A DNA stretch of 64,000 nucleotides, from assembly GCA_963828125.1 (NCBI GenBank), contig CAWHDP010000002.1, positions 1,056,001-1,120,000 of the forward strand, read 5' to 3'. This document shows positions 37,925 through 47,646 of this stretch, piece after piece (within the stretch, counting starts at the first letter, position 1; each line of letters starts with the position of its first letter). The notes beneath the pieces are model-generated. The model did no database searches. It worked only from the letters and a program-made list of their open reading frames with translations, and was not told the origin of the DNA. The position numbers were made by a program, and so were the translations under genes. This DNA is from an uncultured Chlamydiae bacterium. Lineage in GTDB: Bacteria > Chlamydiota > Chlamydiia > Chlamydiales > SM23-39.

Positions 37925-40900
37925 TTATTTCAGTACTACGGGACGCTGAAACTCATCATAGAGAATTTCTCTAATCGAGCCGTTCGGCAGCGTGATTTTA
38001 GTTAATCCGCCAAAGGCGCTGTATTCATAAGAGCTTATCCCTCCCAAAGCATCTACAACCTGCACCAAATGATCTTTGTCATCATAATCAAAAACAGAGG
38101 TTAGGCCTAAAGGGTCAATTTTCGACAATACGTTCCCGTTGTCGTCATATGAATACACCGTTTCACCCAAAGGAGAAGAGATTTTTGTCACTCGATCTCG
38201 TTCATCATATGAATACCGTATGGTTTTGCCCGATTCAGAAACTTCAATCAGACGTGCACGATCATCGTAGGCTCTTTTCGAAATGAATCCGTTGGGACAG
38301 CAAACTTCTAAAGGAAGCCCCTTTTCATCCAGCTGAAAGCTTTTTCCGCCGCCGCCTGGGAAATCGACGGAAAGAAGACTTCCTGTTTGAGGGTCATACT
38401 GAAAAGAAGTCGCAAATCGCTCATCTCCTTTCTTAGTTACTTTCCCATTTTCTATACTCAAAAAATTAAGACGAAATGGTTTATACATCTTTATCAACCT
38501 TCCGTATGCGTCATATCGATATGCCGTAGTGATTCCAAGCCCATCGGTTTCTTCAAGAAGATTGCCTGATTCGTCAAATTCAAATTTCCTTTCCCCTCGA
38601 TAGGCATCGCTTATTTTAATAGGTCGGCCTAAGACGTCATATTTGTAGGAAACCTCGAGCCCATTATTATCAACAGTCTTTTCAGGCCCGAAAGTCCCCG
38701 AATAACTCAGTTCTAACCCCCTTCCTAGTGAATCTACAATTCGTTGAGGCCGATATTTTTCGTCAAACTGTTCTTCCAAGAAAAAATTGTTGGGACCCTC
38801 TACTCGAGCCCTTCGCTCAGACAAACTGAACTCCTGCTTAAGCTGCATTCCCTGAATATTTTTCTCTTCCGCACGATTGTAAATATCGTAGCTTGCCTCA
38901 AAAATTTTACTCCCTTTTGCATCAAAAATAGCCGTGAGATGTAAATCTTTATCGTAGACATAACTCATGAGAGCGCCCGCCTTATCTCGAACTTCCCTAA
39001 GCTGACCTTCGGGACCATAGAAATAAGAGATAGTTTTACCTCCAGCTCCCACAGCGCGGATGATCTTGGACCCTTCATATTCAAGCTGAATGACCGGAGT
39101 CCCCTGAGAAGAAATGGAAACCAATCTCTCTGCCTCATACCCATAGTCAATTGACATTCCGCTTTTATCGCTGATCTTGACAAGTTTACCGTCGGAATCG
39201 AAGAAAAGATGCTCCTGTTTTTGGGAAAGGACAAAGATTCCATCTCCATTTTCAATCAAAAAACCAGCCTTGCTTTCGGCGCGATAAATCGGTTGTTTCC
39301 CAACATCAAGTCCTATGAGTTTATAAAGCGTCTCTTGGCTTTTAATCCCTACAAAAATCTCGGAGTACACTTGCAGCTCCGTTCCATCTTGAAAACGACG
39401 CCATCTTTTTTCAGAAGCGAAGCGCAATTTTGCAGGAAGAATTTCCCAACCTACCCCCAGTGCCGATCTTTGCTCATTGAAAGAGCTGTAGGTTCGAACA
39501 AGAGCCAAAGGCACACTGCCCGGAACGGAAAAGTTCATGTCGACAAAAGTTTTCTTTACGTTACCAACCTTAAGCGATCTGGCAAACGTTTGAGCAACAG
39601 CCGTATAGCCTCTGCCAAAATCCCAAGTTAACTCTTCCTCTCCCGATCTGCCTCGCAATACCTCATCTTTGATGTCATTAGCCTGCCATCCATCTGAAGT
39701 AGAAAAGTTGCTCTCATCCAGATGATAGGTTACACCCCCGCTAATCACCATTCGATATTCGGCATCTCCTATTTGAGGGGTGTAGATCGGCGTACTAACA
39801 GATTGAGGCGCATAACTTCTAAAAAATGAAAGGTCAAAGGGTATGTTTTGATCTTTGATCCATTTAACAACACCCGTAATTTTACCAAGTCTTTTTAAGT
39901 CTTGAAGGACAGGAAATTCATTTGCAAACGCATCATAATTTTGCGTGAAATGGGAAGCGAAAGTTTCCGCTGCATGATCGCGGTAATTACTTCCTTTAAA
40001 TTGCGATTCAGTGAGGACCTGCATACGGACCTCGTCGAACACCATAGAAGTCCCATCCTCCGACTGCACAAGGCTAATCTTCTGAGGAACAAACCACATG
40101 CGCCATGTGAAGTAGGGAGGCAAGTGTTTCTCTCGGCCATAAAGTTCTAGAAGATCGCGGTAGCCGCCAACATGGGCTTTAAAATTCCTGCCTGTGCAAT
40201 TATCCTTTCCCAAAACAAGATTTTTTAAAAGACAATCAGCCTCGAACATCACCTGCCCAAAACGAGTGTCTTTCGTCTCACCAAAATAAGAGACAACCAT
40301 TCTATGCTGAGGTTTTTTCTTCTTTTTCGGAGGATTAGGATCTGGGTCCATAGAAATACCAGGATCTTGCGCCGCTTTTTCTCCCAATCCATACACAGAA
40401 CGAACCGCCACGGCCAAATCATCAAGGTGCATTTGAGGCAACGGTAAATCTTTCGTCCCATAAAGGATCATTTGACCCGTTTTTTGATCAAAAACTGCCC
40501 CCGCAATATCGGAAATGTTCGTCATCATCTCAGCTGTTTTTGAGAGAGAAATCCCTCCGTAATTCGGCTGAAATAATAAGCTGTGGTCTTGATTTCCAAT
40601 TTGGAATTGAAAATGGTCAAAATCATAAGACAAACCAAGTCCTTCTTTATCCGGCAAAAATCTTGGATCGATATGCTTGCTCTCTTCCAGCATCCAATTG
40701 CAAAATTTTCTGGGTGCTGAAATTCCGCTAGGAAATGGCTTGAAACTCGGATGAGGATACCCTACTGCATCCATCGATTTAACCGCATGATCGATACAAT
40801 TATCGTATGGCGTCCAATGCTGATAATTTCCGACCTGTCTTGCAAGCAATTGCTGCTCTGGAGTAACCCATATCGTCAAGCTGACAGTTTCTTTGCATAG

Positions 40901-42532
40901 AGAAAATTCATGCTCGTTATTTTTTATTTTATGGCCAGGCCACGCGCCTTGAGTAAATTGATTGCCCTCCGCATCTATCCCGCCTATCCAACCATGACCT
41001 ACATTAGATTTGCCACCGGGCGTTTGAGTCCCAGGATAATTCCCATAAAAAGTCAAAGGGACTTTAACAGCATACAATCCTGATGGGTCGATTAAATTGA
41101 CAGGATTATTCCTGACATAAACATAAGGGTTAAGAGTTTGGGGATCGCCTAATACGCCTAAGACAGAATCAGGCGAAATAAATCTCCCAATTTCAGGATC
41201 ATAGTAGCGATTCCGAAGATAGATAAGACCAGTCTCTTCATCATACTCCTCTCCCGCGTATGCATAGGGATTTCCAAAGCTGCTTGATTGATCCCTGAAG
41301 CCAAAAGAGGAATATGCATACCTCTCCAGCACCCTTTGATTTTTATCAACTAACAGCGAAACGCTTTTCCCAGGCTGGTCATAAAGGAAGAATTGCGTGC
41401 CGGAAACCCCAGAGCCCAGAATACGGGAACATCCATACACATACCGTTTTTTGGTCTTGCCCTTGCCGTCTTTTTCTAATAAAACTCTGCTAAGGGAAGC
41501 TGCCGGATCGTTGATAAAAGACGTTTTTTCCCCATTGACAATCTTCGAAACCCGCCTCCCTTGTCCATCGTAGCCAAAAGCGATCTTATCGTTTCCATTA
41601 TCAAATGAAGTAAGACGCCCGGCTGAGTCATACCCAAGGCTGATGTTTTCCTTTTCGGAAGTTTTTTTGACCAAGCATCCCGAAGCATCATAATAAAAAC
41701 GAGTCCCTCCTGCCCGTATTAATCGATTGCGACTATCATATTCATATTCAATGGTTCCATTCGGCGTAATCTTGGCCAAACGATTCCCAGCGCCATCGTA
41801 GGTGTACTGTTCAAATGAATGATCAGAGTAACGAACCTCAACAAGCCTTTTTAATTGGTCGTAAGAGTAGCCCGTGGTTTTAGTCTCTGAGAGCGTTCGT
41901 TCTTCAACTGACGTACAATTATTATTGCTGTCATAGGTAAATTCGTACTGCGTAATAAGCCCGCCGTCTGACTTCTTGTGCGACACTCCAGTAATTCTAG
42001 GAAAGGCATCATAACTGTACTCAACGACAATGCCGTTAGACAGCCACTCCTTTACAACGAGGTTTGTTTGATCGTTATATTCATATTCGGTACTGCCGGT
42101 CTGATCAAAAACCTTAGTTAGCCGGCCTCGATGATCATATTCGTACTTAACTTCTTCCCGATCAGGATAAGTAATTTTAACGACCCTATCTGCTAAATCG
42201 TATTCGTAGACAAGAGAAGTATCTCCTGGAAACTGCGCTTTCACCAAACGGTTTGAAGAATCATAAGAATAAGAAGTGGTTTCGGCACCTTTAACTACTT
42301 GAGTGAGATTGCTGTTGCAATCATAGGTATATTTGATGCTTTCGCCATTAGGATAGCGAGTTTCAACAAGCCTGTTGATCGGGTCATATGAATAAGCAGT
42401 CGATCCCATGGGAGAAATTGTGCATTTGGAAATATTGCCATTTGCATCATAAGATATGGATTTTTCTATATAATCCGCTGAGAGGCAAAAAATAGAAAAA
42501 AGGGAAAAGAAACAAACAGAAAATAAATTCAT
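37925..42532 (-). CDS. RHS/YD-repeat protein with permuted domain order
   Basis: Signal peptide; YD repeats; core YAGEEYDEETGLIYLRNRYYDPEIGRFISPD...NPYVYVRNNPVNLIDPSG (aa 482-485); DUF6531-like motif at aa 990-1029; YD repeats to the end. Confidence 0.92.
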   Translation of the reverse strand: MNLFSVCFFSLFSIFCLSADYIEKSISYDANGNISKCTISPMGSTAYSYDPINRLVETRYPNGESIKYTYDCNSNLTQVVKGAETTSYSYDSSNRLVKAQFPGDTSLVYEYDLADRVVKITYPDREEVKYEYDHRGRLTKVFDQTGSTEYEYNDQTNLVVKEWLSNGIVVEYSYDAFPRITGVSHKKSDGGLITQYEFTYDSNNNCTSVEERTLSETKTTGYSYDQLKRLVEVRYSDHSFEQYTYDGAGNRLAKITPNGTIEYEYDSRNRLIRAGGTRFYYDASGCLVKKTSEKENISLGYDSAGRLTSFDNGNDKIAFGYDGQGRRVSKIVNGEKTSFINDPAASLSRVLLEKDGKGKTKKRYVYGCSRILGSGVSGTQFFLYDQPGKSVSLLVDKNQRVLERYAYSSFGFRDQSSSFGNPYAYAGEEYDEETGLIYLRNRYYDPEIGRFISPDSVLGVLGDPQTLNPYVYVRNNPVNLIDPSGLYAVKVPLTFYGNYPGTQTPGGKSNVGHGWIGGIDAEGNQFTQGAWPGHKIKNNEHEFSLCKETVSLTIWVTPEQQLLARQVGNYQHWTPYDNCIDHAVKSMDAVGYPHPSFKPFPSGISAPRKFCNWMLEESKHIDPRFLPDKEGLGLSYDFDHFQFQIGNQDHSLLFQPNYGGISLSKTAEMMTNISDIAGAVFDQKTGQMILYGTKDLPLPQMHLDDLAVAVRSVYGLGEKAAQDPGISMDPDPNPPKKKKKPQHRMVVSYFGETKDTRFGQVMFEADCLLKNLVLGKDNCTGRNFKAHVGGYRDLLELYGREKHLPPYFTWRMWFVPQKISLVQSEDGTSMVFDEVRMQVLTESQFKGSNYRDHAAETFASHFTQNYDAFANEFPVLQDLKRLGKITGVVKWIKDQNIPFDLSFFRSYAPQSVSTPIYTPQIGDAEYRMVISGGVTYHLDESNFSTSDGWQANDIKDEVLRGRSGEEELTWDFGRGYTAVAQTFARSLKVGNVKKTFVDMNFSVPGSVPLALVRTYSSFNEQRSALGVGWEILPAKLRFASEKRWRRFQDGTELQVYSEIFVGIKSQETLYKLIGLDVGKQPIYRAESKAGFLIENGDGIFVLSQKQEHLFFDSDGKLVKISDKSGMSIDYGYEAERLVSISSQGTPVIQLEYEGSKIIRAVGAGGKTISYFYGPEGQLREVRDKAGALMSYVYDKDLHLTAIFDAKGSKIFEASYDIYNRAEEKNIQGMQLKQEFSLSERRARVEGPNNFFLEEQFDEKYRPQRIVDSLGRGLELSYSGTFGPEKTVDNNGLEVSYKYDVLGRPIKISDAYRGERKFEFDESGNLLEETDGLGITTAYRYDAYGRLIKMYKPFRLNFLSIENGKVTKKGDERFATSFQYDPQTGSLLSVDFPGGGGKSFQLDEKGLPLEVCCPNGFISKRAYDDRARLIEVSESGKTIRYSYDERDRVTKISSPLGETVYSYDDNGNVLSKIDPLGLTSVFDYDDKDHLVQVVDALGGISSYEYSAFGGLTKITLPNGSIREILYDEFQRPVVLK

Positions 42533-42540
42533 TTTTCAAA

Positions 42541-43094
42541 CTATATGGTATATAAACTTTTCCATTCGCAAGTTATAAGAGGTGTATTTTCATGCAAGTG
42601 CTCATAAAATTGAGGTAATCGGGGCCCCGCTTCGGGGTGATTACCTCAGTTTTATGAGCACTTGCATTTTCATTATCAGGAACAGTTCCTCTATACATAG
42701 GAAGAACAGCATCACCAAAAAATTTCATGTAGCTCGGCATCATCATTATTTCAATCGATATGGGAATACCTCCCCCTGGAAACTTGCAATTTAAAGTACC
42801 AAAAGACCTGTAATTGCCAAAATTTTTACATCGAACCAAAAGGAATATTTCCTGGCCATAAAGTTCCTTGTTCGATTTTTGAGTAATTTCTGTATTGCTT
42901 TCACTAAATATTTTTGCGACTTGATCTTTCGTAACCAAGTACGCTTTTACTTCAATATTTTTCGCATATTTCTTATTCGAAAGATAAATACGAGAAACAA
43001 AATCTAAATTATTAGCCCTCACAGAACAGCAACCACAAATGCAAAACAATAACAGAATCGTTCTCCAAAATAACAACACAAAGTCCCTCTTCAT
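42541..43094 (-). pseudogene. Small exported RHS-operon protein (copy B), C-terminus disrupted by a MITE
   Basis: Removing the 80-bp insertion restores ...DNENTPLITCEWKSLYTI*, matching the paralogs. Confidence 0.85.
42594..42665 (-). mobile_element. 72-bp MITE derived from the IS66 element
   Basis: 27-bp TIRs matching the IS66 ends; 8-bp TSD ATTTTCAT at 42586-42593 and 42666-42673. Confidence 0.92.
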
Positions 43095-43095
43095 T

Positions 43096-43554
43096 TCACA
43101 TTGTATACAAGCTCTTCCACTCCCAATTAATTACAGAAGCATTATTATCATTTGGAATAAATCCATTTCCTATATACAGGACAGAATCGTGAAAGGAGTT
43201 CATTAAACCGGGCATCATTTCGATATCAAATGTTATTGGTACTCCACGATTTGGAATTGTACAATTTAAAAGACCGAAAGACATGGATTCCCCATGATTC
43301 TTCACACGAACAAGCAAAAATACTTCTTTGCCATAGAGTTCTTTGTTGATTTTTTGAGTAATTTCTCGATTTTCTTCACTAAATAATCTCGCAACTTGAT
43401 CTCTTGTAACTAAATACGCTTTTACTTCAACATTTTTCGCATATTTTTTATTCGAAAGATAAGCTCGTGAAAGCAAATCCAAATCATCAGCTTTTGCAGA
43501 ACAAAAGCAACAAGAACAGAACAGACACAAAAAACTTTTCCAGAACCGTGACAT
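43096..43554 (-). CDS. Small exported RHS-operon protein (copy A)
   Basis: GGAGG RBS; signal peptide; ends EWKSLYTM. Confidence 0.8.
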   Translation of the reverse strand: MSRFWKSFLCLFCSCCFCSAKADDLDLLSRAYLSNKKYAKNVEVKAYLVTRDQVARLFSEENREITQKINKELYGKEVFLLVRVKNHGESMSFGLLNCTIPNRGVPITFDIEMMPGLMNSFHDSVLYIGNGFIPNDNNASVINWEWKSLYTM

Positions 43555-43884
43555 AAAGCCTCCATTTGTCAGACGCTCATAAGAGCGTGCTATTTTCAAA
43601 ATGACCTAACAATCGCAAAGAAATTTCTTACGATCTAAGAGAGAGGATGATACCGAATCAATCTTTCTTGATGAAGACAATTGTAGCGCAAATGTTCGCA
43701 AAGGTTGTCAGAAATCCCACAGCATTCCAATTCAAGCTTGAGGGAAATGGATACAGAATACAAAAAGGCTTCAGAAACAGCCCTAAAATCGCTCAAAAGG
43801 AAGGAACCCGCCGCTCAACTCTCTTCATCTCGCAATTCTCGATCTTAGAACCTCCGGCAAGGTAACTTCACGCCATCCCCTTTA

Positions 43885-44322
43885 TCAATAATTCATTCTG
43901 TCCAGAATTCCATTAATGGCCTCGATCACTTCTGTTATTTGATTAGGAAGCCGAGCTAAAGCTGCTGACGTCTTATGATAGCGCCCCCAGTATTGCTGCA
44001 ACGCTTCGAGCCCTGAAGAGTCAAACTGCATCGGCAACCGAATAGGCGTTTTCCGGTGCCCGAATACCAAACGAATTGCTTTTGCAGTATCCTTCTCATT
44101 CAGCATTTTTCCAGAGCTGACAATAGTATAGAGATCGTGAAAATCCTTCATTCGGCTGTTCTCGGCCCCTCGTGAAGATTGCCGTCTCAAGCTTCTCTGC
44201 AAACACAAATTCTATCGGATAGCAATTCAATGTTAGCGATGACTCAAACAGCGGCCCCTTGGAATTTGAGAGAAGCAAAAGCTCCTTCTCTTGAGTCTGG
44301 ACTAGATCGCCGAAACCTAAAA
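43885..44322 (-). pseudogene. AbiEii/AbiGii-like nucleotidyltransferase toxin, C-terminal fragment
   Basis: LGFGDLV...YPIEFVFAEKLE and NSRMKDFHDLY split over two frames. Confidence 0.75.
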
Positions 44323-45047
44323 TGAATTGACCGAGATTTCCCATTCTTAGTATCACGAAAAGTCAGTCTTGCTCTAGTAAAATCGATATCTTTCCATTTA
44401 AGAGCAAGAAGCTCTCCTTTCCTAGCCCCCGTTGCAATTGCTAAAAAAACCACAGGATAAATGTAAGGGCTTTTTATTTTTAAACACTCGTTTAGCAATA
44501 CCTCAATCTCATGCTTTTCAAGAAATCGTTCTCTTGCTTTGTTCTCTTTAGGACGCCTTACTTTCAGGACAGGGTTTTCATTAACCCATCCCCAATCCTT
44601 CATAGCAACTGTGTAAGCATGGCTTAGAGCTGCGAGATAGCGGTTCGTGGTAGAAGAGGTCCGTTTGGTGCCTTTTGGAAGTTTTTCCGAAAGAAGCTTA
44701 TCTCTAAGCTCGGAAATCATAGAATTGGTAACGTAGACCAAAAAATAGTCGCCTAGCTGCTGTTTCCACCAAAGAAGCTGCATGCGCTGCTTCTTATAGC
44801 TTTTAGGTTTTTTAGGCAGCTCTAAATCAATGTACTTATCTATGAACGCAGCAAAAGTCTGCTCTTCATTTTCTTTTCGAGGAAAATGGCGTTTATCGCA
44901 AACTTCCCCTTCCATTTTCCGGCCTCAAGCTTGTGCTTTGGATTTGCAGGGAAACGTTTCTGATTTGTCGGGCATCCCTTTCCGTCTAATGCGGACACAA
45001 TAGGTTTTCGACCCATCAGGATGCTTTCTTGTCTCTATGTATGCCAT
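44323..45047 (-). pseudogene. Integrase pseudogene (paralog of 35358-36494)
   Basis: In-frame TGA at 44925-44927 where the paralog has Trp; truncated after TKNG, so HxxR and Tyr are lost. Confidence 0.9.
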
Positions 45048-45155
45048 GTGTAAAACCCCTAACTTTGGCCCGCACTGACCCACATTTGGCCCAGAGCAGT
45101 TTGCTTTAGTTGTTAGGAGGTTATGCAACATCACATAACTCATTCATTATAAGGA

Positions 45156-45238
45156 TGCTCGGAGTGGGACTCGAACCCACACGGGATTGCTCCCAAGGGA
45201 TTTTAAGTCCCTAGTGTCTACCATTTCACCATCCAAGC
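45156..45238 (-). tRNA. tRNA-Leu(TAA)
   Basis: Full cloverleaf: GCTTGGA/TCCGAGC acceptor, AGGGA-CTTAAAA-TCCCT anticodon arm, long variable arm, GTTCGAGT T-loop. Confidence 0.97.
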
Positions 45239-45306
45239 AAGAGAAGACAGTATATGCAAAATCTCCCGAAAGACGCAAGCCCGCTGAACGCGGGCTCGCT
45301 AGATCG

Positions 45307-46050
45307 TCACTCTTCGTTCTCGTCTTCCAACTCTTCGTCCGCAGGAGTCGGATATTCGAAAACCGTCTCCTCAATCGTAATCTCCTCTTCCGGCTCCGTC
45401 GGCTTATACCGACTTAGGGTCTCTTTGATGAGGGTCGAAGGCGGCGGAAAAAGTTTAGAAATAAAGGAAGGAGCCTTTTCCCCAGCTTCCCCTTCTCGTC
45501 TGACTCCATCGGCAGGCCCGCCGTTTTGATGTACCTCCGGGGGCTGAGTCGTTTCCTCTCTCATCTCTTCCCGAGACTCGCGCGATGGCTCCCCCCTCAT
45601 CTCCGGTTCGCCACCCCGATCACGGTCACGCCCACGCCGACCTCGCCGCCTCTTGTTATCCCGCTTCCGATCCATCTGACGCGGATCTTGCGGGGGACGC
45701 TCGGGAGGAGGACGCGATTCCGCCAACGCTGCATCTTGCAAAGGCTCTTCTCGAGGACGAGGCGGCGTTTCCCGACCACCGCTAATCTTGATCGCTCGAT
45801 CGCTCGAAACGTTCTTCAGCACCATTCGAGCCTCTTTCAGCTCCAATATCTCATAGTCGCTCACAGGCACAAGAAATGACTTGGGCCTCTCTTGCGATCG
45901 AAAAAAGAAAGAGTGCCCAAAAGACACCACTTCCACTGCATCGACATAATAGTCTTCCTGGCTCACACACTTACTGCTCCGGACAGCTAACTTGCATCCT
46001 TCGCGCGGCGTAATCACCGTTTCAACAATAGGTTCACGTGTAAAATTCAC
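45307..46050 (-). CDS. grgA: Chlamydial transcription factor GrgA (CT504 homolog)
   Basis: N-terminus FTREPIVETVITPREG.KL.VR.SK and SDYE.LE; located after gapA as in Chlamydia. Confidence 0.88.
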   Translation of the reverse strand: MNFTREPIVETVITPREGCKLAVRSSKCVSQEDYYVDAVEVVSFGHSFFFRSQERPKSFLVPVSDYEILELKEARMVLKNVSSDRAIKISGGRETPPRPREEPLQDAALAESRPPPERPPQDPRQMDRKRDNKRRRGRRGRDRDRGGEPEMRGEPSRESREEMREETTQPPEVHQNGGPADGVRREGEAGEKAPSFISKLFPPPSTLIKETLSRYKPTEPEEEITIEETVFEYPTPADEELEDENEE

Positions 46051-46094
46051 TAAATATTCCGTACTTTAAAGGTTCATCAAATCGGAGCCCAATA

Positions 46095-47102
46095 TCATTC
46101 TTTAGATCCCATGTACTCCAAAAGGTCGACAACGCGGCAAGAATAGCCCATTTCATTGTCATACCATGCTATTAATTTGTAAAAACGGCGGCTCAATGCA
46201 ATTCCCGCTTTCTTATCGTAAATGCAAGAATAAGGACTGCCAATAAAATCAGATGAAACTAACTCTTCGTCTGTCACAGCAAGAATCCCTTTGAGAGAGG
46301 TGCTCGCCGCACGATCCATCGCGTCGCTGATCTCTTCATAAGTCGTATCTTTCGATAGACGAACAGTCAAATCGACCACAGATACGTCCAGTGTCGGAAC
46401 CCGAAAAGCCATACCCGTTAGCTTCCCCTTCAGCTCCGGTAAACAGAGAACAACCGCCTTCGCAGCCCCAGTCGACGCCGGTATAATATTCGAGCCAGCG
46501 GCTCGCCCTCCGCGCCAATCCTTGTGAGAGGCCCCATCCACTGTCGGCTGGCTGGCCGTAAGCGAATGAACCGTCGTCATCAACCCTTCTTCAACCCCAA
46601 AATCATCGAGAAGAACTTTGCAAAGCGGCGCTAAACAATTCGTCGTACACGATGCATTGCAAATCACATCATCTTTTTGGGGATCATAACGGGTATGGTT
46701 CACCCCCATTACGTAGGTCGGCATCTCGTCTTTCCCAGGCGCAGTGATCAAAACGCGCTTAGCCCCCGCCTGAAGATGCCTCTTCGCATCGTCTAAATGC
46801 GTAAATCTCCCCGTCGACTCAACTACATAATCTACTTCGTATTCCCTCCAAGCCAGCCGACTAGGATCCCGCTCCGCCGAAACAAAAATCTCCTTCCCAT
46901 CAATGATCAGATGGTTCGAATCCGACGTTACACTCTTCGGATAGGTTCCATACACAGTGTCATGCTTGAAAAGATAGGCCAAATTGTCAGAGGGAGTGAG
47001 ATCGTTGACAGCTACCACTTCCAGATGGGGACTCTGCAAAGCAAGCCGCAATACCAACCGCCCTATCCGCCCACAACCATTGATCGCTATCCGTTTGACC
47101 AT
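46095..47102 (-). CDS. gapA: Glyceraldehyde-3-phosphate dehydrogenase
   Basis: [22 protein letters not shown]. Confidence 0.98.
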   Translation of the reverse strand: MVKRIAINGCGRIGRLVLRLALQSPHLEVVAVNDLTPSDNLAYLFKHDTVYGTYPKSVTSDSNHLIIDGKEIFVSAERDPSRLAWREYEVDYVVESTGRFTHLDDAKRHLQAGAKRVLITAPGKDEMPTYVMGVNHTRYDPQKDDVICNASCTTNCLAPLCKVLLDDFGVEEGLMTTVHSLTASQPTVDGASHKDWRGGRAAGSNIIPASTGAAKAVVLCLPELKGKLTGMAFRVPTLDVSVVDLTVRLSKDTTYEEISDAMDRAASTSLKGILAVTDEELVSSDFIGSPYSCIYDKKAGIALSRRFYKLIAWYDNEMGYSCRVVDLLEYMGSKE

Positions 47103-47223
47103 AGATCACTTCCTCACTTCGAGAAGGCTCAGCATAAAGGATTTTTCGAAAAAAGTAAAGGCGGAAGCACTGCCAGCCGAGGGAAACTCAATAACCCTCG
47201 GCGACAAACAATTCAAAAGATCG

Positions 47224-47646
47224 TTATTTGAGATATTCAATATAGCACGTTGGAGCGCTGTCGCCAATCCGGTCTCCCTTGCGGATGATCCGAGTATATC
47301 CACCTTCTCGACCTGAATACCGACCCGCTAACTCATATAATTTTTCAATCACCAAACGGTCGCGGCTAAAGGCCCCTTTGTCGCCCCCCTTAGCGTCTCT
47401 TGCTTCCTTCGTAGAAAGGGGATTGTAGGCCACCTTGAGGGTCGCAATCGCTTGCCTCTTCGACGCAAGCGTGTTCTTCTTCGCCAGCGTAATCATCTTC
47501 TCCGCATGGCGACGAAGCTCTTTCGCCTTGACAACCGTCGTCACAATCCGCTCATTTTCAATGAGAGATTTCATCATATTGGAGAGCATCGCCCTCCTAT
47601 GGGAACCTGTTCGCCCGACCTTAAAGGTGTTTTTTCTGTGTCTCAT
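47224..47646 (-). CDS. rplQ: 50S ribosomal protein L17
   Basis: MRHRK...GGYTRII. Confidence 0.98.
   Translation of the reverse strand: MRHRKNTFKVGRTGSHRRAMLSNMMKSLIENERIVTTVVKAKELRRHAEKMITLAKKNTLASKRQAIATLKVAYNPLSTKEARDAKGGDKGAFSRDRLVIEKLYELAGRYSGREGGYTRIIRKGDRIGDSAPTCYIEYLK

Larger units (their letters stand above)
36819..45155. mobile_element. Island A: ~8.3-kb defective integrative element carrying the RHS operon
   Basis: Lies between tRNA-Leu and a displaced half; CTGACCCACATTTG near both ends (36991, 45075); integrase pseudogene. Confidence 0.85.

Noticed and set aside
44925..44927. In-frame TGA at a Trp position, suggesting recoding or genetic code 4
   Set aside because: TGA is used as a normal stop in many core genes here, and this integrase is also truncated
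45147..45417. ORFs overlapping tRNA-Leu
   Set aside because: Shadow ORFs of the tRNA and grgA
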